DNA of 64,000 nucleotides from an uncultured Thermoplasmatales archaeon. Lineage in GTDB: Archaea > Thermoplasmatota > E2 > DHVEG-1. Under the pieces are notes generated by a model. The model saw only the letters and a program-made list of their open reading frames with translations. It searched no databases and was not told the DNA's origin. Where the stretch lies: NCBI GenBank assembly GCA_964638175.1, contig CAZWZY010000004.1, positions 12,926 through 76,925 of the forward strand, given 5' to 3'. Below, piece by piece: positions 18,795 to 29,357 of this stretch. Position 1 is the stretch's first letter; each line of letters starts with the position of its first letter. Position numbers and translations under genes: made by a program.

Positions 18795-19727
18795 GTGAAA
18801 GAGGCAACCCCTCTTCGTACTCTTGCTTTGATTCCATGCTACAACGAGGCGTCTACTATTGGTAGCATGGTAATCAAAAGTAGACGCTATGTAACTGAGG
18901 TGTTAGTTGTTGATGATGGTAGTGTCGACGATACTGCTAAAGTGGCCAGAGATGCAGGGGCAGTTGTCATTTCTCATAAAACAAATTGTGGAAAATGTCT
19001 CGCCATCAAAACAGGATTCAGATATGCATTACGGAAAAATTTTGATTATGTGGTTACCATCGATGGTGATGGACAACACAATCCTGACGAAATATCGATA
19101 GTTTTGGGAGACTTAATGAATAATGGCCATGACATAACTCTGGGCCTTAGATCAGGTGTTAACACTGAAATGCCAGCTTGGCGAAAAGTAGGAAAACGAG
19201 TCTTAGATTACGCGACTGGTTTTGGTAATGGCGGATACGTCACTGATAGTCAATGTGGTTTTCGTGCATTCAACAATAGAGCAATTAGAGCGATCACTCC
19301 AAAATTAAATGGTGAGGCATTTAGTGTCGAAAGTGAACAGTTGATTCGAGCTCATGAGTTGGGGTTGGAAGTAACTCATGCGAATATTACTTGTAAGTAC
19401 AAAGATTTAGATACATCCACAAAAAATCCTGCCTCACATGGTTTTTCTGTGCTACGTTATATCATTTGGCTTATCGCCGAGAGACGACCTTTGCTTTTCA
19501 TAGGTGTTCCTGGTTTTGTTCTATCGATAGTTGGTATTTTTTTAGGAATACTTACGTTACAAAGTTATAATCATACCGGTTTTTTTTCTATTCCTTACGC
19601 TCTTCTTTGTAGCGTTTTTTTGATTGTTGGTGCACTTGCAATGTTCATGGGAATGATGTTGAACGTTCTTCCCCACATAATTAAACAAGCGAGAGGACAG
19701 GAAGAATACAATGATGCCTTCAGATAA
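18795..19727 (+). CDS. GT2 dolichyl-phosphate hexose synthase-like glycosyltransferase (DPM1/GtrB/AglJ-like) with two C-terminal TM helices
   Basis: The product contains LIPCYNEASTIG and VVDDGSVDDT (DxD-containing GT-A motifs). Two hydrophobic helices occupy the final 80 aa or so. Length is 310 aa. Confidence 0.8.
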   Translation: MKEATPLRTLALIPCYNEASTIGSMVIKSRRYVTEVLVVDDGSVDDTAKVARDAGAVVISHKTNCGKCLAIKTGFRYALRKNFDYVVTIDGDGQHNPDEISIVLGDLMNNGHDITLGLRSGVNTEMPAWRKVGKRVLDYATGFGNGGYVTDSQCGFRAFNNRAIRAITPKLNGEAFSVESEQLIRAHELGLEVTHANITCKYKDLDTSTKNPASHGFSVLRYIIWLIAERRPLLFIGVPGFVLSIVGIFLGILTLQSYNHTGFFSIPYALLCSVFLIVGALAMFMGMMLNVLPHIIKQARGQEEYNDAFR

Positions 19728-19823
19728 GTATGACCATTTTTTGATACAGGATATAATCAGAACAACGGATTTGACGATAGACCAATGTAGAATACATGCT
19801 ACTGAGCCAACTGGGGAACCATC

Positions 19824-20981
19824 ATGAAGATTGCGATGGTAACCGAGTATTTGGCTCCTGAAGGACTGCCTCGCTTTGGAGGGGTTGATGCCAGAACTGT
19901 TAATCTAGCCAGACACTTGACAAGAAAGAATGACGTTCATATTATTACAACGTTTGTTGAAGGCGGAAATAGAGTAGAGCACTTTGATGGGGTTACCATA
20001 CATAGAGTTGGTAAAAAAAGAAAATTCACTCAGAGAGGTGATTTTTTTCAACGATTGCAATTTACTCACCAAGTACGTTCCGAGGTTATACGACTGCAAC
20101 CAGACATTGTGGATGGTAGTGGGTTTGTTTCATATGCGGGTAGTTACAGAGGAGCTGAAAACATAGGAGTTCCCTCTGTTGCGACAATTCATGAGGTTTG
20201 GCAGGGGGAATGGTTTCAAAACATGGGACTGATTAATGGTTTTGCTGGGCACATTTTGGAAAATCAATACCTCCGATACAATTTTAGCGGATATATTTCG
20301 GTGAGTAAGTTCACAAAAAAAAGATTGATGGAGAAGATTGGTATCGAAAAAGAGAGAATTGCGGTCGTATACAACGGAATCGATTTGGATTTATTCAACA
20401 AAACTATTGCTGATGGAAAATATCCTGAACCAACGATAGTAACTGCATGTCGGTTAGTTCCATATAAAAGAGTTGATGATCTACTTAGAGCAGTACAACT
20501 CTTGAGAATAGATCATCCAGATGTACATCTAAAAATTATCGGCGATGGTCCCCACAAAACGTATCTTAAAAACTTATCAAAACACTTGAAAATTGAAAAT
20601 AACATTGATTTTCTTGGTAGACTAAACGATATAACGGATGTGATTAAAGTCATGAAAAAATCACATGTGTTTGCATTGCCAAGTATAGTTGAAGGTTTTG
20701 GGATGGTTATTGTTGAGGCCATGGCTGCAGGCATTCCTTATGTCGCATCGGATATTCCACCGATTCATGAAGTGACTGACGGCGGTGTGGGTGGTGCACT
20801 ATGTCAACCAAAAAACTATGAGGATCTTGCAGCAAAACTACACTTCTTCTTGAATGACGACTTAGAACAGACTAATGCCATCCAAAAAGAAAGGATCAAT
20901 CATGTTAGGAGGTATGAATGGCAAAAGTTAGCGTCAGGCATTGAACAATGGTATGAGGCTCTCTGTGGGGGTAACGCTTAG
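19824..20981 (+). CDS. Glycosyltransferase family 4 (GT-B)
   Basis: The 385-aa product has the C-terminal GT1/GT4 signature FALPSIVEGFGMVIVEAMAAGIPYVASD. Confidence 0.8.
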   Translation: MKIAMVTEYLAPEGLPRFGGVDARTVNLARHLTRKNDVHIITTFVEGGNRVEHFDGVTIHRVGKKRKFTQRGDFFQRLQFTHQVRSEVIRLQPDIVDGSGFVSYAGSYRGAENIGVPSVATIHEVWQGEWFQNMGLINGFAGHILENQYLRYNFSGYISVSKFTKKRLMEKIGIEKERIAVVYNGIDLDLFNKTIADGKYPEPTIVTACRLVPYKRVDDLLRAVQLLRIDHPDVHLKIIGDGPHKTYLKNLSKHLKIENNIDFLGRLNDITDVIKVMKKSHVFALPSIVEGFGMVIVEAMAAGIPYVASDIPPIHEVTDGGVGGALCQPKNYEDLAAKLHFFLNDDLEQTNAIQKERINHVRRYEWQKLASGIEQWYEALCGGNA

Positions 20982-21434
20982 ATGAAAATTTGCCTAGCAT
21001 TTTCACCAGGCGGTCATTTCATAGAGATGAAAAGATTGATAGATGCATTCAAGGACCATGATGTTTTTTTTGCAACAATTAAAACAAGAACAACAAGCAA
21101 TCTAGCTCCTGCGTATTATCTTAGAGACAGCAGCGGATTAACAAAGATCCACATGATTCGTAATATGTTCATGGTGTCTCTTCAAAGCTTGCGGATCATT
21201 TTGCAGGAGCGACCTCGGGTAATCGCGAGTACAGGAGCAGACGTTACTATACCTCTCTGTTATCTTGGTAAATTGTTTGGTGCGAAAGTTATCTTTATCG
21301 AGAGCATATGCAGAATAAATGATCTTTCTTCATCCGGAAAACTAGTGTATCCGATTGCAAATCTCTTTTTAATTCAATGGAAAACGTTAACAAAAAAATA
21401 TCGTAGAGCCAAATATTGGGGGAATATTCTATGA
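20982..21434 (+). CDS. Alg14-like oligosaccharide biosynthesis protein (membrane-anchor/acceptor half of a split UDP-GlcNAc transferase)
   Basis: The 150-aa product has an N-terminus MKICLAFSPGGHFIEMKRL typical of Alg14/EpsF. Its ATG overlaps the stop of the upstream GT4 gene. Confidence 0.7.
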   Translation: MKICLAFSPGGHFIEMKRLIDAFKDHDVFFATIKTRTTSNLAPAYYLRDSSGLTKIHMIRNMFMVSLQSLRIILQERPRVIASTGADVTIPLCYLGKLFGAKVIFIESICRINDLSSSGKLVYPIANLFLIQWKTLTKKYRRAKYWGNIL

Positions 21435-21907
21435 TACTTGTTACAGTTGGCATGCATTCACAAGGATTTGATCGATTGATTAAAAAGATGGATGAACTTG
21501 CTGGAAAAACAAATGAAGAGGTAATAATGCAAATTGGTTCATCGTCTTATATGCCAAAAAATGCAAAATACTTTTTTTTTAAAGATTCACAAGACATGCA
21601 AGCATTGATTAAAAAAGCAAGGCTTGTGGTTTGTCACGGTGGTGCTGGAACAATACTTACAGTAATGGATGAGAATGTCCCTCTTGTTGCAGTTCCCCGG
21701 TTAAAGAAGTACCATGAGGCAATCGATGACCATCAAATCGAACTTGTTGAGTATCTGGCAAAAGATGGAACAATAACGGCAGTGTATGATTTTGAAGCAC
21801 TATCGAGCGTCCTAGATGAAACCTTCAATACTTCTTCTGTTACTATAAAAAAAGACAACACGTTAGCGGGAGCAATCAAGGTGTATCTTACTACACTGAC
21901 GGGATGA
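21431..21907 (+). CDS. Alg13-like glycosyltransferase (GT28 C-terminal domain; catalytic half of the split transferase)
   Basis: The internal Met begins MILVTVGMHSQGFDRLIKKMDEL. The product also has VVCHGGAGTIL, matching the Alg13/MurG C-terminal nucleotide-sugar domain. Confidence 0.7.
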   Translation: MILVTVGMHSQGFDRLIKKMDELAGKTNEEVIMQIGSSSYMPKNAKYFFFKDSQDMQALIKKARLVVCHGGAGTILTVMDENVPLVAVPRLKKYHEAIDDHQIELVEYLAKDGTITAVYDFEALSSVLDETFNTSSVTIKKDNTLAGAIKVYLTTLTG

Positions 21908-21923
21908 GTTCATTGGTGATGCT

Positions 21924-23063
21924 ATGCATGTATGTAATGTAATATCTACTCCTTATCCTCCTTGGGAAGGAATAGGACAGTATATTCGCGGGTACAGTAC
22001 TAAATTACTCGAAAAGGGTCATCAGGTTACTATCATCACTCGAGGCCCTTGGAAAAAAACACAACGAGAGACTATCGATGGCATTGAACTCATTAAAGTC
22101 CCATTTTTCCCTCTTTATCCTTTCTACATTCATTTGCACGGTCTTTTTGTTAATAACCTCTTTAAGTCTCTCGAGCCACAGGTAGACATCGTTCACATTC
22201 ATTCACCATTATCTCCTTTAGTAAAAACGTCTCTTCCTGTGATAGTGACTATTCATTCCCCACTGCTTTCAGACAGCGAACATGTCGAGGTGAGATCACT
22301 TTCTTCACTGTTAACAAAAATTTCTGCACGACTGGTGAGTTACCCATTGGAATTAAAATTAATCAACGCTTCAGATATGGTAACAACGGTATCTAACTCC
22401 GTTGCCCAAGAACTACAGAGCTATCAGTTGGATCCAAAGACAGTACGAATACTCTATAATGGTGTTGACGAGACGTTCTTTTCACCACAGCCTAATAAAC
22501 AATGTGGAGGAACTAAAAACATTTTGTATGTGGGCCGTATAACCCGCGAAAAAGGATTATTTGATCTTATCGAGGCGGGCAGGTACATTTGCGATAAACG
22601 ATCTGATGTACATTTTACTTGTGTAGGTAACGGAAAGGAACTTGGCATATTAAAACAAAACACAAGAACAAGGGGGCTTGAAGATAAATTTACGTTTACT
22701 GGACAAGTTGATAAAAAAAGACTTTTAAAACTATACCACGACGCAGATATCTTTGTTTTTCCTTCGTATCATGAAGGATTCCCAACGGTACTTCTGGAAG
22801 CCATGGCTTGTGGTTTACCTATTGTAGCAACAGATGTCAACGGAAATCGAGATGTGCTATCTGCTGGAAAAAATGGCGTTTTAGTGCCTCCAAAATCTCC
22901 GAAAGGAATGGCAGAAGCTATACTTACTCTTATCGAAAATGAACCGCTTGCAGATACGCTGGGTACACATGCAAGAAAAACAGTAGAGGAAAATTATACC
23001 TGGGATATAGTAACAAACAGGATTTTGGAATGTTACTATTTGCTTGATGGACGAAGATCGTGA
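21924..23063 (+). CDS. Glycosyltransferase family 4
   Basis: The 379-aa product has the GT-B signature FVFPSYHEGFPTVLLEAMACGLPIVATD. Confidence 0.8.
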   Translation: MHVCNVISTPYPPWEGIGQYIRGYSTKLLEKGHQVTIITRGPWKKTQRETIDGIELIKVPFFPLYPFYIHLHGLFVNNLFKSLEPQVDIVHIHSPLSPLVKTSLPVIVTIHSPLLSDSEHVEVRSLSSLLTKISARLVSYPLELKLINASDMVTTVSNSVAQELQSYQLDPKTVRILYNGVDETFFSPQPNKQCGGTKNILYVGRITREKGLFDLIEAGRYICDKRSDVHFTCVGNGKELGILKQNTRTRGLEDKFTFTGQVDKKRLLKLYHDADIFVFPSYHEGFPTVLLEAMACGLPIVATDVNGNRDVLSAGKNGVLVPPKSPKGMAEAILTLIENEPLADTLGTHARKTVEENYTWDIVTNRILECYYLLDGRRS

Positions 23064-23075
23064 AGGGGAAAGTGT

Positions 23076-24227
23076 ATGAATATTATGTGGATTAACAAGA
23101 TATCAAGCAAGGAATATTGGAGGACTACTCAGGTTGGTCTTTCTAATAGCTTGAGAAAAAGAAAACATCACGTAACCCTAGTGATGGCAAGAGAGATCGG
23201 AGAAAAAAAACCCGCAGATAAAGAAACCATCTATCTTCCGACAATACCGTATCCTGTTTTGTCTGGACTTTTTTTTGGTTTATTACTCTTCTTCTCCTTT
23301 CCCTTTTTCATTCGAAATCAGAAGCCAGACATAATTATCATCGATGGAACATCGGTATGGCTTCCCTTTACATTAACGCTAAAACTGTTCCATGTTCCCC
23401 TAGTAATGGATATCAGAACATTGCCGATAAAAAAGAAGAGCCCCCCACTCTTTGATATTTGCCTCTATTTTAGTAAATATGTAACAAATGCATTAACGAC
23501 TATCACTCCCGAGTTAGCAGCCGTACTGAGAACAAAATATGATCTTGATGGTCAAAAAATTGGCATTTGGTCATCGGGAGTTTCTCTCGAAGATTTTACG
23601 GTATCGTGCAGCAAGACCGCTGCCACTCCTTATCATCCAGATAAGTTTGTGATACTTCACCACGGATCCTATTCGTCTACACGAGGGGTAAAAAATTTAA
23701 TAATGTCAATAGGACAGATACAAGATGCTTTAAGAAAAAGAATTGAATTGATACTCATTGGAGTGCATGAAAAAGATCAAAAAGAATTTTTACAACTATG
23801 TAATGAAGAAGGCATTACAGAACAAGTCACAATCATGTCACGAGTTCCATATCGAGACATACCTTCATATATTCAATCGTCAGATATTGGTGTTATTCCT
23901 CTCCCCCCAGATAGGGACTACTGGAAAGTCAGCGTACCATTAAAAACTCTCGAATACATGGCAATGGAGAAACCAATAATAGCGACTGCCATTCCTTTTC
24001 ATCAAAGGATTTTTGAACAAGGGAACTGTGGCGTACTCCTTGATACTAATAATCCAAAAGCCTTGGTTCATGCAATTACGTATTTGTACCGACACCGAGA
24101 AGAGTTAACCAAAATGGGAAGAGTAGGCAGAGAACTTGTTTCTAATCATTATACGTGGGATTGCATTGCATCCGAATTCGAACAATTCATAAAAACCGTC
24201 TTGGTGGATTTTCAAGATGAATCGTAA
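23076..24227 (+). CDS. Glycosyltransferase family 4 (with N-terminal hydrophobic segment)
   Basis: The 383-aa product has a GT-B C-terminal region (VIPLPPD...TLEYMAMEKPIIATAIP). One TM helix is predicted near residue 60. Confidence 0.7.
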   Translation: MNIMWINKISSKEYWRTTQVGLSNSLRKRKHHVTLVMAREIGEKKPADKETIYLPTIPYPVLSGLFFGLLLFFSFPFFIRNQKPDIIIIDGTSVWLPFTLTLKLFHVPLVMDIRTLPIKKKSPPLFDICLYFSKYVTNALTTITPELAAVLRTKYDLDGQKIGIWSSGVSLEDFTVSCSKTAATPYHPDKFVILHHGSYSSTRGVKNLIMSIGQIQDALRKRIELILIGVHEKDQKEFLQLCNEEGITEQVTIMSRVPYRDIPSYIQSSDIGVIPLPPDRDYWKVSVPLKTLEYMAMEKPIIATAIPFHQRIFEQGNCGVLLDTNNPKALVHAITYLYRHREELTKMGRVGRELVSNHYTWDCIASEFEQFIKTVLVDFQDES

Positions 24228-25845
24228 ACAGATTAGCTACTGTGGCGGCATATGCTTTTTCGTTGGGTTACTCCTGATATTAATCTCCTGGCATTTTACA
24301 TATCCCATATCAATGGCAGAATCGGAGGAGGTTCTTTTCACTCAGTTTTTCCCTTCAATCTGGCCAGGAATTGTCATATCATTGATAGGTTTATTTTTAG
24401 CAGGATATTATTCTGAACGGAAGGGCATCAAGGCGATTTGCGCCTCGCTGTTTCCGCTCCTCCTCTATTCTTATGTGTATTATTTCTCTTATGTACCAAC
24501 GTCAGATGGTGGTGTTGCTAAAGCAATGTTTGAAATTTTTCATCAAACAGGCATCAATCCTACTATCGAGTCATACTTTCACTATCCCATTTATTTTACC
24601 TTGAATGAGATGGCAGGACAATTCCTTGGACTCGGTGCTGATGGTCTTGCAGCCATTTTTTTCACTATTTTTGGCAGTCTCATTGCAGTGTATCTCTATC
24701 TATTCTTCTCTAAGCATACACGACGTATTTCACATGGTGTTGCCTTTCTTGTTGTACCTCTTTATTTTCTCGCGATATTTACGTATCTTAATTACCAATG
24801 GGTTCCTCAAACACTAGCCCTTGTTTTATTTATACTTTTATTGATTCTCTTCGATCGAAAAGAAAATGTATACAAATCTTTGAGCATCGTTGTATTTACT
24901 GCTTTGGTTTTTACTCATGTGTTCATCCCTGTAATCTTTCTACTTTTTTTAGGATTGTCTTCATTTAAAAAGAAAGAATTTAGAAACAGTTTTCTTCTCA
25001 CGACCTCAATTTATGTTTTAGTTTTGATGTATTATGCAACCTTCTATCTCCCTGGGATTATAGATGCATTTAGACAAACGATTTATGGATTCGGAGAGGA
25101 ATATGCAATTAATTTATCGAGATCTTTTATGGAGCCAGAAGGATCAATAGATCAACTTATTAGTATGGTAAATAGAATGAGGATTCCCTTAATTTGGATC
25201 GTGTTATCCGTAGGTCTTTTCTTTTCATTCATTAAAAGAAAACTTGATTATCAAGTAATTCTTTTGGGGATGACAGGAGGATTCTATTTTGGCGTTGGTT
25301 TATTCTATTCTGTCCTTGGAACTCGTGCATTACAAGTGTTGTGCATCTCCTTGGTTGCGGGCGTAGGATTCTTTATCACTCGGTGGAAAAAACCAACGCT
25401 TGTGTTCATTTCCATTCTTCTCATCCTCTCCGTCTCTGGACCAATGAGGAGTGCCTACGATACGTATCTCTTTCAACAGGGGGAAGAAGAGGATGCTTGT
25501 AACTTTTTAGCCAGCACTCTACCCACAGAACAACCAACGAAATTGGGAATGGGCGGAATCAACTTTGGTTATTTCACTAAGAAGCACGAGTATCTATGTA
25601 GAGAGGTAAACACTAGTTCGGTCTGGGTTGTAGTCCCAGAAAATCCCGAATTTTATACTGTGTTCAATGTTTCAATGGGGGAACATATGGGCATACTGTA
25701 CAATCCTTCTCTGGAAAAAGAAATTGCTTCATTTGGGCTGGAGATGACCAGGATTGATGAAATTAAAGGTCAGATGTTGTTACATAATAAAATCTATGTC
25801 TGTGGCAAGACTTTTGTTGTTACATCACAACAAACATTAGATTAA
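24217..25845 (+). CDS. Polytopic membrane protein, candidate glycan polymerase/ligase (O-antigen polymerase-like) (hypothetical)
   Basis: The 542-aa product has at least 10 hydrophobic helices and a C-terminal soluble domain of about 120 aa. It overlaps the upstream GT4 gene by 11 nt inside the glycan locus. No motif-level identification. Confidence 0.45.
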   Translation: MNRKQISYCGGICFFVGLLLILISWHFTYPISMAESEEVLFTQFFPSIWPGIVISLIGLFLAGYYSERKGIKAICASLFPLLLYSYVYYFSYVPTSDGGVAKAMFEIFHQTGINPTIESYFHYPIYFTLNEMAGQFLGLGADGLAAIFFTIFGSLIAVYLYLFFSKHTRRISHGVAFLVVPLYFLAIFTYLNYQWVPQTLALVLFILLLILFDRKENVYKSLSIVVFTALVFTHVFIPVIFLLFLGLSSFKKKEFRNSFLLTTSIYVLVLMYYATFYLPGIIDAFRQTIYGFGEEYAINLSRSFMEPEGSIDQLISMVNRMRIPLIWIVLSVGLFFSFIKRKLDYQVILLGMTGGFYFGVGLFYSVLGTRALQVLCISLVAGVGFFITRWKKPTLVFISILLILSVSGPMRSAYDTYLFQQGEEEDACNFLASTLPTEQPTKLGMGGINFGYFTKKHEYLCREVNTSSVWVVVPENPEFYTVFNVSMGEHMGILYNPSLEKEIASFGLEMTRIDEIKGQMLLHNKIYVCGKTFVVTSQQTLD

Positions 25846-25946
25846 GAGGATAGTAAGCATATGAAAAAACGTGTCAAATTAATATTGCTTGGGGTGCGCT
25901 TTTATTATTGGGGGGTGTTCCCTTGTGGTGACTCGAGGCGATAGGG

Positions 25947-26705
25947 ATGATTGTTGACTATATCAAACGACGGTGGATAAAAAGAAGCTCGAATGCATAT
26001 ATTTCCCATCTGAGAAAAAAAGGCATAAGGATTGGAGAGAACGTTCATTTTTATGGGAATTTACAGTTAGTGTCAATTGATGTTACGCGCCCCTCGTTGG
26101 TTAAGATCAGCAATAATGTTGAGATTGTAGCTCCCTTTGATCTTAGCACTCATGGGTTTGAATGGGCAGTCTTTAGAGAAAAGTACCACGAAATTGTTGC
26201 TTCCTCTGGAAAAGTAACCATTGGTAATAACGTATATATCGGAGCGAATGTTGTCATTTTAAAAGGTTCTTGCATTGGAGATAATGTTATCATCGGTGCA
26301 AAATCTCTCGTTAACAAAGACATTCCCTCCAACTGTGTTGCGGCAGGAGTACCTGCTAAAAAAATCATGGACCTTGATGACTATTTCAAAAAACGGAAAA
26401 GAGAGTGTCTCGATGAGGCAAAAGAATATGCCTTGTCTATCTATGAGGTCTTTGGAAGGTTGCCCGTAGAAGAAGATTTCTTTGAATTTTTTCATCTCTT
26501 TCTTGAAAGGGATCAACAGTCCATTTCTGCCTTTAATGATAAATTGATATTGAAAATGAAACGAGAAAAAAGAACCGGTATGAGTGTACAGAGTCAGTTG
26601 AGTAGTGCATTCGAACAATTTTTAATGTCACAACCGCAATATGACTCCTTTGATGATTTTCTAGCAGATGCTGGAATTCCTCTCAAAAAAAGAAAACGTA
26701 AGTGA
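25947..26705 (+). CDS. Hexapeptide-repeat (left-handed beta-helix) acetyltransferase
   Basis: The product shows hexapeptide repeats in IGNNVYIGANVVILKGSCIGDNVIIGAKSLVNKDIPSNCVAAGVPAK. A C-terminal extension of about 90 aa follows. Confidence 0.75.
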   Translation: MIVDYIKRRWIKRSSNAYISHLRKKGIRIGENVHFYGNLQLVSIDVTRPSLVKISNNVEIVAPFDLSTHGFEWAVFREKYHEIVASSGKVTIGNNVYIGANVVILKGSCIGDNVIIGAKSLVNKDIPSNCVAAGVPAKKIMDLDDYFKKRKRECLDEAKEYALSIYEVFGRLPVEEDFFEFFHLFLERDQQSISAFNDKLILKMKREKRTGMSVQSQLSSAFEQFLMSQPQYDSFDDFLADAGIPLKKRKRK

Positions 26706-26749
26706 TACTGGAAAACAGGTGACCGTGTCTTCGTGAACAGATTGTTCTT

Positions 26750-28354
26750 CTATTTCTTTCTTATTAATTTGTTGATTAATGGTATTTTTATACCCGCTTT
26801 TTGTTCTATCAACTCAACGATTATGAGATCTTCTTCTCCAAAAAGTTTAAAGAGAACGAGAAAGACAAAGAACAATAGATACGAACATATGACGATCATG
26901 ATTTGACCAAACATGGTAAATGTGATGGGCAAATGGTGTATTACTACATAAGTTAGGACCATCATGATTACAAATATAGCAAGCATTTTAGCATACAATT
27001 GTTTGATTGGCTGCATCTTTGATATTGTATATAGATAGGTTAGTTCAACTACACTAAGAAGTATCAATGAGCCTCCTGTTGCCAGAGCAGCACCTGAAAT
27101 GCCATAGAGCGGTATCAAGGACAAATTTAATGTAATATTTACTATAGCGGCACTGGCAACGATATACATAAGTTGTCTTGTTTTTCCTAGCATCACTATT
27201 GATCCACTGATGGGGCCTAGACATATACGTATCGCATAGGCAATGAAAAGGAGGAACAGAGGAAACATCGCTTCCGCATAGTTATTGCCAAAAAGAAGAG
27301 AGACTACTACTGTTGGTTGAAGCAACACTAGCATAATAAGCGGAGATGTTATTAAAAAAATCCATTTAGTACTGGTTTGATAAAGCTCTTTTAATTCTAA
27401 CTTTTTATTTGCCCCATAGAGTTTCGTGCCGACTGGCTGATAGATAAACATGATGCTGATCAGGAAGATATTAAGATATGAGGAAATGGTGGCAGCAGCA
27501 TTGTATATCCCCACGTGGTACTCTCCCATGGAGAAACCAATCATGAATTTATCTGTGGCCTGAAGAATGAACCAAGACATACTACTAAATACCAGCGGGA
27601 TTGAAAAAAGTAGCAACTCTTTTTTAACAGAACCGCCTGATCGGTTAACTTTTATCTCTTGAGGAATTCTTTTCTTGAAATAAAGAACAGCTATGAAAAA
27701 CACAAAGAGGGTATTGGCGGTGATTGCCCAGAAGATATAATCAATTGTAAGTCCAAGTACAATTACAGGGACAATAAACAGCAGTTTCCCCCCATTCAAT
27801 AGGAGGTGAGAAAAAATCACATTTTCTTTCGCTCGATCAAATCCTCTAAAGATAATCACAATAATGCCAATAAGAATCCAAAAAGGTAAGCCAAAAGCAA
27901 GGATTTTCAACGCATGGCTTAGTTCATAATTATGGAACATATTTAAACTAATACAATCGGCGGATACAAAAAGAAAGATGCTAGCAAAAATGCCCGAAAT
28001 CAGTATACATTCTAATGAGGAGAGTATTGTTTCCTTCACTCGGCTATAGTCTTTTTTACTGCGATAAAATGCAATGTTTCTAGAGCAGCCGTCGTCTAAA
28101 CCTAGAAATGATATCTGCACTAAAAAAAGAAAAGTTGTCATTGCTAATGCATATATGCCAAATTCAGCAGGAGAATAGGATCGTGCGATGATAATAGGGA
28201 ATATTGCTGCTAAAATCGACCCTATGATTGTGCCAATGAGTATGATGCCTGTCCCCTTTGCAACAAGCTGTAGTGAATCATTAACAAGTTTTTTATCATA
28301 CGTCTGATCAGAGGTAGACGAATCTTTTCTCCTCTGTTTCATTTTCACGTTCAT
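26750..28354 (-). CDS. Wzx-type flippase (MOP/polysaccharide biosynthesis protein family)
   Basis: The 534-aa product has about 12-14 TM helices in the typical Wzx/PST layout. It sits next to the glycosyltransferases. Confidence 0.7.
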   Translation of the reverse strand: MNVKMKQRRKDSSTSDQTYDKKLVNDSLQLVAKGTGIILIGTIIGSILAAIFPIIIARSYSPAEFGIYALAMTTFLFLVQISFLGLDDGCSRNIAFYRSKKDYSRVKETILSSLECILISGIFASIFLFVSADCISLNMFHNYELSHALKILAFGLPFWILIGIIVIIFRGFDRAKENVIFSHLLLNGGKLLFIVPVIVLGLTIDYIFWAITANTLFVFFIAVLYFKKRIPQEIKVNRSGGSVKKELLLFSIPLVFSSMSWFILQATDKFMIGFSMGEYHVGIYNAAATISSYLNIFLISIMFIYQPVGTKLYGANKKLELKELYQTSTKWIFLITSPLIMLVLLQPTVVVSLLFGNNYAEAMFPLFLLFIAYAIRICLGPISGSIVMLGKTRQLMYIVASAAIVNITLNLSLIPLYGISGAALATGGSLILLSVVELTYLYTISKMQPIKQLYAKMLAIFVIMMVLTYVVIHHLPITFTMFGQIMIVICSYLLFFVFLVLFKLFGEEDLIIVELIEQKAGIKIPLINKLIRKK

Positions 28355-28382
28355 TGTTCTCCATACTGTTACGTTTACTTTT

Positions 28383-29357
28383 TTATTTAGTCACTCGTGA
28401 CTGTTGTAGCCAGGCCATTGTCTCAGCAAGTCCCTTACTAAGGTTGACCCTAGGTTTGAAGTGTAGTTTTTCTTGTACGAGAGAAATATCTGCTTGAGAT
28501 GATAGTATATCTTCCCGTTGCTTGTCCGTATACGCCAGCTTTGTCTGTGCATTACCTGTCTTCATGATTAAGTGGGCAAGATTTGCTATTGAAACCTGCT
28601 CTCCACTTCCTATATTAAAAACCCCACTTACGTTATGAGTTGCCGCTAAAATATTAGCATTGACCACATCTGAAACAAAGATAAAATCTCTTGTTTGTTC
28701 ACCAGTACCATAAATCACAAGAGGGCGATCCCGTAATAAGTTATGCATAAATTTTGGAATGACTGCAGCATAGTCACTGAATGGATTTTGGTAGGGACCG
28801 TATACATTGAAATATCGTAAACATGCTGTTTGTAGATCGTAAAGACTACTATACAACGAACAATATTGTTCTCCTATAAGTTTACTTGTAGCATATGGAG
28901 AAATTGGATGTACTGGCATGCTTTCTTTTAGGGGTAAGTTTTCTTCCGAAGGATTTCCATAGACTGCACAAGACGAACTGAATACGATCTTGTTAATTGC
29001 GTTTTCTTTTGATGCTTGTAGCACGTTTAGCGTTCCAGTGACATTTACTTCGTTGGTAGTCAATGGATCGCGTATGCTCTGTGGTACACTAGCAATTGCT
29101 GCTAAATGAAACACGACATCGATATCACTCAATACTTTTTGTAAAAGAGTGTAGTCGGTAACACATCCCTGTATAAACTCTATCTTTTTTGTTTCTACTA
29201 GATCCTTGATGTTATGATACTTCCCAGAGGAAAGATCATCAATAACAATGACTTGGTTGTCGTGTGCTGATAATGCTCTTGCAAGATTGGACCCGATGAA
29301 TCCTGCCCCTCCAGTAATAACAATCCGCTTTCCTTTCAGTTCATTCATATGTAGCAC
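28383..29357 (-). CDS. NAD-dependent nucleotide-sugar epimerase/dehydratase (SDR family, UDP-glucose 4-epimerase-like)
   Basis: The 324-aa product has ITGGAGFIGSNLARAL (a GxxGxxG Rossmann motif) and the YATSK catalytic motif (YxxxK). Confidence 0.85.
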   Translation of the reverse strand: MLHMNELKGKRIVITGGAGFIGSNLARALSAHDNQVIVIDDLSSGKYHNIKDLVETKKIEFIQGCVTDYTLLQKVLSDIDVVFHLAAIASVPQSIRDPLTTNEVNVTGTLNVLQASKENAINKIVFSSSCAVYGNPSEENLPLKESMPVHPISPYATSKLIGEQYCSLYSSLYDLQTACLRYFNVYGPYQNPFSDYAAVIPKFMHNLLRDRPLVIYGTGEQTRDFIFVSDVVNANILAATHNVSGVFNIGSGEQVSIANLAHLIMKTGNAQTKLAYTDKQREDILSSQADISLVQEKLHFKPRVNLSKGLAETMAWLQQSRVTK

